64,000 bases of DNA from Longimicrobiales bacterium (GTDB taxonomy: Bacteria > Gemmatimonadota > Gemmatimonadetes > Longimicrobiales > Gaopeijiaceae), in assembly GCA_965248195.1 (NCBI GenBank), contig CBDFIQ010000002.1:2272001-2336000 (forward strand), read 5' to 3'. The notes under the pieces were generated by a model. That model had not been told where the DNA came from, searched no databases, and was given only the letters and a program-made list of their open reading frames with translations. A program made the translations under genes and the position numbers. Below are positions 58,991 to 64,000 of this stretch, piece by piece. How positions within the stretch are numbered: position 1 is the stretch's first letter; each line of letters starts with the position of its first letter.

Positions 58991-60556
58991 ATGTCGATAC
59001 ATGATCCGTTTCGCGCCAAAGTGAAGGTGGCGTTTTACACTGCGGCCGCGGCTCTCATGGGGCTCGGAATCGCGTCCACCCTCGGGTGGAGTGGCGCGTC
59101 CCACGCCATGCCCGTCATCGGAACCGAGCCGCAGATTCCGGTCCAGGCAGTGCAGCCGGCGCTTGACCTCAGCGATGCGTTTGTCAACGTCGCCCAGATC
59201 GTCACTCCGGCGGTCGTGCGGATCGAAGCACGACGCGAAGCGCGAGGCCAGTCCGCCGGTTCACAATCGCCGCGCCTACGCGTGCCGAACCAGAATCCGC
59301 AGGATCGGCCGGATCGGCCGGATCGGGTCTCCGGGGGAAGCGGATTCATCATCTCCGAGGATGGTTACATCCTTACCAACAACCACGTCGTCGATGGGGC
59401 GGACCTTCTCACCGTTTTTCTCCAGGATCGGCGCTCCTTCCAGGCCCAGGTCGTGGGACGGGATCCGTTCACGGACGTGGCGGTGATCAAAATCGACGCA
59501 CCCGATCTGAGCAGGCTCAACTTCGGGAGCTCAGCCGACCTCCGTGTCGGAGAGTGGATCATGGCCATCGGCAACCCCGGCTTCAGTGGTGCGAGCTCTC
59601 CCCTGGATTACACGGTGACTGTAGGGATCGTCAGCGCCCTCGGACGCCCCCTTCGGTTGCTTTCGCGGGGGCTCCGGGAGGACGAGGCGACTAGGGTCAA
59701 CGCCGGATTCGCCATCGAGGATTTCATCCAGACCGACGCCGTGATCAATCCGGGCAACTCGGGGGGGCCGATGGTGAATCTCCGGGGGCAGGTCGTCGGA
59801 ATCAATTCCGCCATCGCCAGCCAGACGGGCTACTACCAGGGGTACGGATTCGCGATTCCCATCGACCTGGCGTACCGGGTCACGGAAGATTTGATCGAGT
59901 TCGGACGTGTACGCAGGGCCTGGCTCGGCGTAGGGATGCGTGCGATCGACGCGATCTCAGCCGAGAGTTACGGCCTCCCGACGGTTTCGGGCGTCGAGTT
60001 GACAACGATCACCGAGGGCGGGCCGTCGGAAGCGCAAGGCCTTCGTGTGTATGACGTGATCGTCGAAATCGACGGCCAGACAATCGGACGCGTGGGGCAG
60101 ATGCAGCAGGCCATCGCGATGAAACGCCCGGGTGACCGTATCGCCGTAGAAGTGTACCGGAACGGCAGACCCGTGACCGTAAACATCCAACTCGGCGAAG
60201 CTTCCCTTCAGGGACAGCCTGAGGTCGTAGCCGTCGCGGCACCCGTCCGCGAAGAAGAGCGGATGGACGACAAGCTCGGGCTCCGAATCGAAGACATGGA
60301 TCGTACCAGCGCCCTGGAGTTCGGTTACGACGACGTGGACGGCGTGGTGATCACGGACGTTCAGGTGAACGGGCCGGCGGCACAACGAGGGGTCGCTCCC
60401 GGCTGGAAGATCCTCGAAATCAACCGGGAGCCGGTCGAGGAAATGTCGGACGTACGGCGGATCATGGCGAGCGTGGACCCGGGAGAGATTGTGACGCTCC
60501 ACGTCGCTACGCCCAACGATAACCGACAGATCTTCCACATCCGGGTTTCGAGTTGA
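58991..60556 (+). CDS. HtrA/DegP (Do) family serine protease with two PDZ domains
   Basis: GSGFII, TNNHV, D..TDVAV, IQTDA.INPGNSGGP. Start at 58991 (ATG) or 58982 (GTG). Confidence 0.94.
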   Translation: MSIHDPFRAKVKVAFYTAAAALMGLGIASTLGWSGASHAMPVIGTEPQIPVQAVQPALDLSDAFVNVAQIVTPAVVRIEARREARGQSAGSQSPRLRVPNQNPQDRPDRPDRVSGGSGFIISEDGYILTNNHVVDGADLLTVFLQDRRSFQAQVVGRDPFTDVAVIKIDAPDLSRLNFGSSADLRVGEWIMAIGNPGFSGASSPLDYTVTVGIVSALGRPLRLLSRGLREDEATRVNAGFAIEDFIQTDAVINPGNSGGPMVNLRGQVVGINSAIASQTGYYQGYGFAIPIDLAYRVTEDLIEFGRVRRAWLGVGMRAIDAISAESYGLPTVSGVELTTITEGGPSEAQGLRVYDVIVEIDGQTIGRVGQMQQAIAMKRPGDRIAVEVYRNGRPVTVNIQLGEASLQGQPEVVAVAAPVREEERMDDKLGLRIEDMDRTSALEFGYDDVDGVVITDVQVNGPAAQRGVAPGWKILEINREPVEEMSDVRRIMASVDPGEIVTLHVATPNDNRQIFHIRVSS

Positions 60557-60695
60557 CGGCCTAGGGATTCGAGTAACGACGAAGCGGTTCGAGTACGCAT
60601 GCAGGGCGTGTTGCCTCCGGGTGGCGCGCCCTTCGCGTTTCGACCGTCCCCTGTCGTCGGGGGGCGGGCCCGGCCAGCAGCCGGACGCCATCCCG

Positions 60696-60724
60696 TTGAT
60701 GGGGTTTTCGGGCCTCGTTATCTT
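60696..60724 (+). promoter_or_regulatory. sigma-70-type promoter for tRNA-Leu-tig-clpP-clpX
   Basis: TTGATG-N17-TATCTT, 41 nt upstream of the tRNA. Confidence 0.5.
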
Positions 60725-60765
60725 TGACTTACCGAGTTACCTACCCGATTCCATGCCCCATCTCG

Positions 60766-60848
60766 GCGAAAGTGGCGGAATTGGTAGACGCGCAGGATTT
60801 AGGATCCTGTGGCTTCATGCCGTGGGGGTTCGAGTCCCCCCTTTCGCA
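60766..60848 (+). tRNA. tRNA-Leu (anticodon TAG)
   Basis: Acceptor stem GCGAAAG/CTTTCGC plus discriminator A; D-loop GGAATTGGTAGAC; anticodon arm CAGGA-TTTAGGA-TCCTG; long variable arm; T-loop GGTTCGAGTCC. CCA not encoded. Confidence 0.96.
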
Positions 60849-60892
60849 TTCAGACCGACGGTGAGATGCCGATCTTGAGAAAAAGTGTGTAA

Positions 60893-62155
60893 ATGACGAT
60901 CGAGGGAACGCAACTCCAGATATCCGTCGAAGAGGGCGAGCGGTGGCGCCGGACCATGAGCGTCACGGTACCCTCCGGCATGGTCAGTTCGGAGCGGCGT
61001 CGGCTTACTGGGGAGCTCGCCGCACGCGTCAAGCTTCCGGGATTTCGGAAGGGGCACGTCCCGTCTTCGGTGGTTGAGAAACGTTTCGGTGACTCATTGA
61101 GCCGGGACGCCCTCGACAAACTCATCGGGGCCGCATACCGAGAAGCGTTGAGCCAGCAGGAGCTCAGCCCGATTTCCGAGGGGGAAGTCGGCAACGTGCA
61201 ATACGAACCCGACCGGGACTTGACCTTCTCGATCTCCTTCGACGTACGACCGGAAATCGAGCTTTCGCGGCTCGGTGGGTTCAAGGTTGAACGGCCACCG
61301 ATCGAGGGCTTGGACAACAGACTCGAGGAGGTCTTGGGGCGGCTCCGGGAGGAGAGAGGCACTTGGCAGCCGGTGGATGACGGCCGCCCTGAGGACGGGG
61401 ATCTGGTGGGTGTGGAAATCCAACGGATCGAGGACGGCGAGGCCGGGGAGGTGCAGCCGTATCAGTTGGTTCTCGGGCAGGGAGACGCGATCCCCGATAT
61501 CGAAAAGGCGATCAAGTCACTTGAGGTAGAGGGATCCGGCGAGTTCGTGGTTCGTTTTCCGGACGACTTCCCCAATGAGGAGCGCCAGGGCCGGGAAGAG
61601 CAACTCCTCGTCCGGCTGAACTCTCGGCAGGGCCTCGAAGTGCCAGAGTTGGACGCCGACTTCGCCAAGAGCCTCGGGGATTTCGCGAACGTCGATGACC
61701 TGACCGAAAAAATCCGGGAGGATCTTGAGAAAGAAGCGGCGGAACAGGCCGAATCAGTCGTCCGGGGAAAGCTTCTGGATGCGATTCTGGACGCGAATCC
61801 CTTTACGGTGCCGGTTTCAATGGTGGACCGCTACGTGGAATCGGTGCTTGGCAACCCCGAGGGAGTGTCCCCCGAGAAGCTGGTGGAGGCCAGGGAGCAG
61901 ATCTCACCTCAGGCCGAGCACGCGGTAAAACGGATCTTGGCGATCGACCGCCTCTCCGAGATACAAGACCTTCGGGCCACCGAGGAAGAGCTCGATGGCC
62001 GGATCGAAGAGATCGCCGAAAAAAGCGGAGACACGCCCGCACAGATTTATGCCAATTTACAAAAGACCGAGAGGCTCGAGGCGTTGGAGCGAGAGATTAC
62101 GGAGCGAAAGGTGTTCGACTTTCTCAAGGAACAGTCGGAAATCACTGAAAACTGA
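60893..62155 (+). CDS. tig: trigger factor
   Basis: LPGFRKGHVP, FDVRPEI, FP.DF, conserved position between tRNA-Leu and clpP. Confidence 0.95.
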   Translation: MTIEGTQLQISVEEGERWRRTMSVTVPSGMVSSERRRLTGELAARVKLPGFRKGHVPSSVVEKRFGDSLSRDALDKLIGAAYREALSQQELSPISEGEVGNVQYEPDRDLTFSISFDVRPEIELSRLGGFKVERPPIEGLDNRLEEVLGRLREERGTWQPVDDGRPEDGDLVGVEIQRIEDGEAGEVQPYQLVLGQGDAIPDIEKAIKSLEVEGSGEFVVRFPDDFPNEERQGREEQLLVRLNSRQGLEVPELDADFAKSLGDFANVDDLTEKIREDLEKEAAEQAESVVRGKLLDAILDANPFTVPVSMVDRYVESVLGNPEGVSPEKLVEAREQISPQAEHAVKRILAIDRLSEIQDLRATEEELDGRIEEIAEKSGDTPAQIYANLQKTERLEALEREITERKVFDFLKEQSEITEN

Positions 62156-62178
62156 CCTGACGGGAGCAACCTGCAGAC

Positions 62179-62856
62179 ATGCCGATCTACCCCCCATACG
62201 TCATCGAGCGGACGAGCCGAGGAGAGCGGAGCTACGACATTTTCAGCCGGCTCCTCATGGACCGCATCATCTTCCTCGGCACCGGCATCGACGACAACGT
62301 AGCCAACATCATCGTGGCCCAGCTTCTGTTCCTCGACGCCGAGAATCCGGAACGCGACGTCTTTCTTTACGTGAACTCCCCCGGCGGTGGGGTTTACGCG
62401 GGCCTCGCGATCTATGACACGATCCAGCACATGAGGGCTCCCGTCGCAACCTTCGCGGTCGGCATCGCGGCCTCGATGGCCGCCGTGCTGGTCGCGGCTG
62501 GCGAAAAAGGCAAGCGAGGCGCCCTTCCCAACTCACGGATCATGATCCATCAGCCTTCCGGCGGATCCCAGGGTACGGCGGCCGACATCGAGATCGCGGC
62601 GAGAGAGATCCTGTACACACGCACGCGGCTCAACGAGATTTTAGCTAAGCACACGGGTCAATCGCTGGAGCAGGTCCAGGACGATGTGGATCGCGACCGG
62701 TTCATGAGTCCGGAGGAAGCGGTCGAGTACGGCCTCATTGATCGAGTGCTCGAGGGTCCCGTCGGGAACGGCTCGGGTCCGAAAGATTCGCATGCCAAGC
62801 TCGAACCCTCGGAGCCCGAACCCTCGGAGCTCGAACGCTCAGAGGACGAGGAGTAA
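62179..62856 (+). CDS. clpP: ATP-dependent Clp protease proteolytic subunit
   Basis: [42 protein letters not shown] 3 x 15-bp repeat (62798-62842) lies in the acidic tail. Confidence 0.97.
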   Translation: MPIYPPYVIERTSRGERSYDIFSRLLMDRIIFLGTGIDDNVANIIVAQLLFLDAENPERDVFLYVNSPGGGVYAGLAIYDTIQHMRAPVATFAVGIAASMAAVLVAAGEKGKRGALPNSRIMIHQPSGGSQGTAADIEIAAREILYTRTRLNEILAKHTGQSLEQVQDDVDRDRFMSPEEAVEYGLIDRVLEGPVGNGSGPKDSHAKLEPSEPEPSELERSEDEE

Positions 62857-62886
62857 CCACGCACGCACGAGTAGAGGACGCACGAC

Positions 62887-64000
62887 ATGTCCAGTGACAA
62901 ACATCTACGTTGCAGTTTTTGCGGTAAGTCGAAGGAAACGGTCAAGAAGTTCATTTCCGGCCCCTCCGTCTACATCTGTAACGAGTGTATTTCACTCTGT
63001 AATGAGATCCTCGCCGAGGAGGAAGATCACGAGGCGTCAGAGTCCGCAATCCCGAGTCCCACCCCGCAGGAAATCAAGTACGTCCTGGATCAATACGTCA
63101 TCGGGCAGGAGGGCGCGAAACGGGCGCTCGCCGTGGCCGTCTACAACCATTACAAGCGGGTCAACAACCAGGGCGTGCTCGACGAAGTCGAGATCGATAA
63201 GGCCAACATTCTCCTGATCGGGCCCACCGGCGTCGGTAAAACGCTGCTCGCACAGACGTTGGCTCGGATCCTCCATGTACCGTTCACGATCGCGGACGCC
63301 ACGACGCTCACCGAAGCGGGATACGTCGGCGAAGACGTTGAGAACATCCTGGTTCGGCTGCTCCAGGCCGCCGATTTCAACGTGGCCGAGTGCGAACGCG
63401 GGATCGTCTACATCGACGAGATGGACAAGATCGCGCGGAAGTCCGAGAACCCGTCGATCACGCGGGACGTGTCGGGAGAGGGTGTCCAACAGGCGCTGCT
63501 CAAGATCCTGGAGGGCACCGTGGCGTCAGTCCCGCCCCAGGGGGGTCGAAAACATCCGCAGCAGGAGTACATCCAACTCGACACCCGGAACATCCTGTTC
63601 ATTTGTGGAGGCGCTTTCGACGGCCTGGAGCAGATCATCGAGGCCCGTCTTGGCAGACGGCGCATCGGGTTCGGTGAGAAGACTACCGGGGAAGAACGAG
63701 ACGAGCTTCTGCCATTTGTCGAGCCCGAGGATCTCAAGCAGTTCGGCCTCATCCCCGAACTCGTGGGACGCCTCCCGGTGGCGGTCCACTTGACCGACCT
63801 GGACGAAAACTCATTGGTGCGGATCCTGGAGGAGCCGAAGAACGCACTGGTCAAACAGTATCGGAAGATGTTCGAGCTCGAAGGCATCGGCCTCACCTTC
63901 GACAAAGAGGCGTTGCGCACGATCGCCAAGAAGACACTGGACCGCGGGACCGGCGCGCGGGGCCTGCGGTCCGTGATCGAGGACTTCATGCGGGACGTCA
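62887..64000 (+). CDS. clpX: ATP-dependent Clp protease ATP-binding subunit ClpX (3' truncated by window edge)
   Basis: Read by hand, as it is absent from the ORF track: [14 protein letters not shown]...[65 protein letters not shown]. Confidence 0.97.
   Translation, partial: MSSDKHLRCSFCGKSKETVKKFISGPSVYICNECISLCNEILAEEEDHEASESAIPSPTPQEIKYVLDQYVIGQEGAKRALAVAVYNHYKRVNNQGVLDEVEIDKANILLIGPTGVGKTLLAQTLARILHVPFTIADATTLTEAGYVGEDVENILVRLLQAADFNVAECERGIVYIDEMDKIARKSENPSITRDVSGEGVQQALLKILEGTVASVPPQGGRKHPQQEYIQLDTRNILFICGGAFDGLEQIIEARLGRRRIGFGEKTTGEERDELLPFVEPEDLKQFGLIPELVGRLPVAVHLTDLDENSLVRILEEPKNALVKQYRKMFELEGIGLTFDKEALRTIAKKTLDRGTGARGLRSVIEDFMRDV

Noticed and set aside
60766..60893. tRNA-Leu as an island integration site
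   Set aside because: No integrase and no duplicated tRNA 3' end; the tRNA-tig-clpP-clpX order is intact.

Overview
A GC-rich bacterial chromosome segment made up mostly of housekeeping genes. Gene order and gene content suggest Gemmatimonadota (inference only). In order: a surA 3' end, pdxA, ftsE-ftsX-envC, holB, moaC, an M28 peptidase, guaB, an acyltransferase, acs, a Fur-family regulator, an FAD oxidase, dacB, an EamA transporter, several lipoproteins and metallopeptidases, moeA, etfBA, mpg, an NYN/LOTUS protein, an acyl-CoA ligase, aroB, PBP1A, ruvX-mltG-thiE, a complete F1Fo atp operon, MoxR, CNNM, gamma-CA, pilD, trmH, thiD, dnaK, HtrA, tRNA-Leu(TAG), tig, clpP and clpX (truncated). No transposase, integrase, CRISPR array, rRNA or prophage gene is visible. 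The notable signals are mostly non-coding. (1) A family of ~320-390 bp structured elements with terminal inverted repeats has two full copies (10585-10907, 22073-22461) and two solo ends (9729-9758, 39987-40019); it shows compensatory base-pair changes and GNA-triloop hairpins, and three of the four loci abut TAG stop codons. (2) A separate 172-bp TA-flanked MITE-like element lies at 17674-17845. (3) A 2.7-kb integrase-free islet (ICL/PEP-mutase enzyme plus DASS transporter) is bounded by a 35-bp duplication from the thiD 3' region. (4) Sigma-54-type promoters precede dnaK and PBP1A, and a Rex-like box overlaps the atp promoter. (5) Several proteins have unusual domain fusions or catalytic-residue substitutions. 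All calls were made by eye; no database searches were run.
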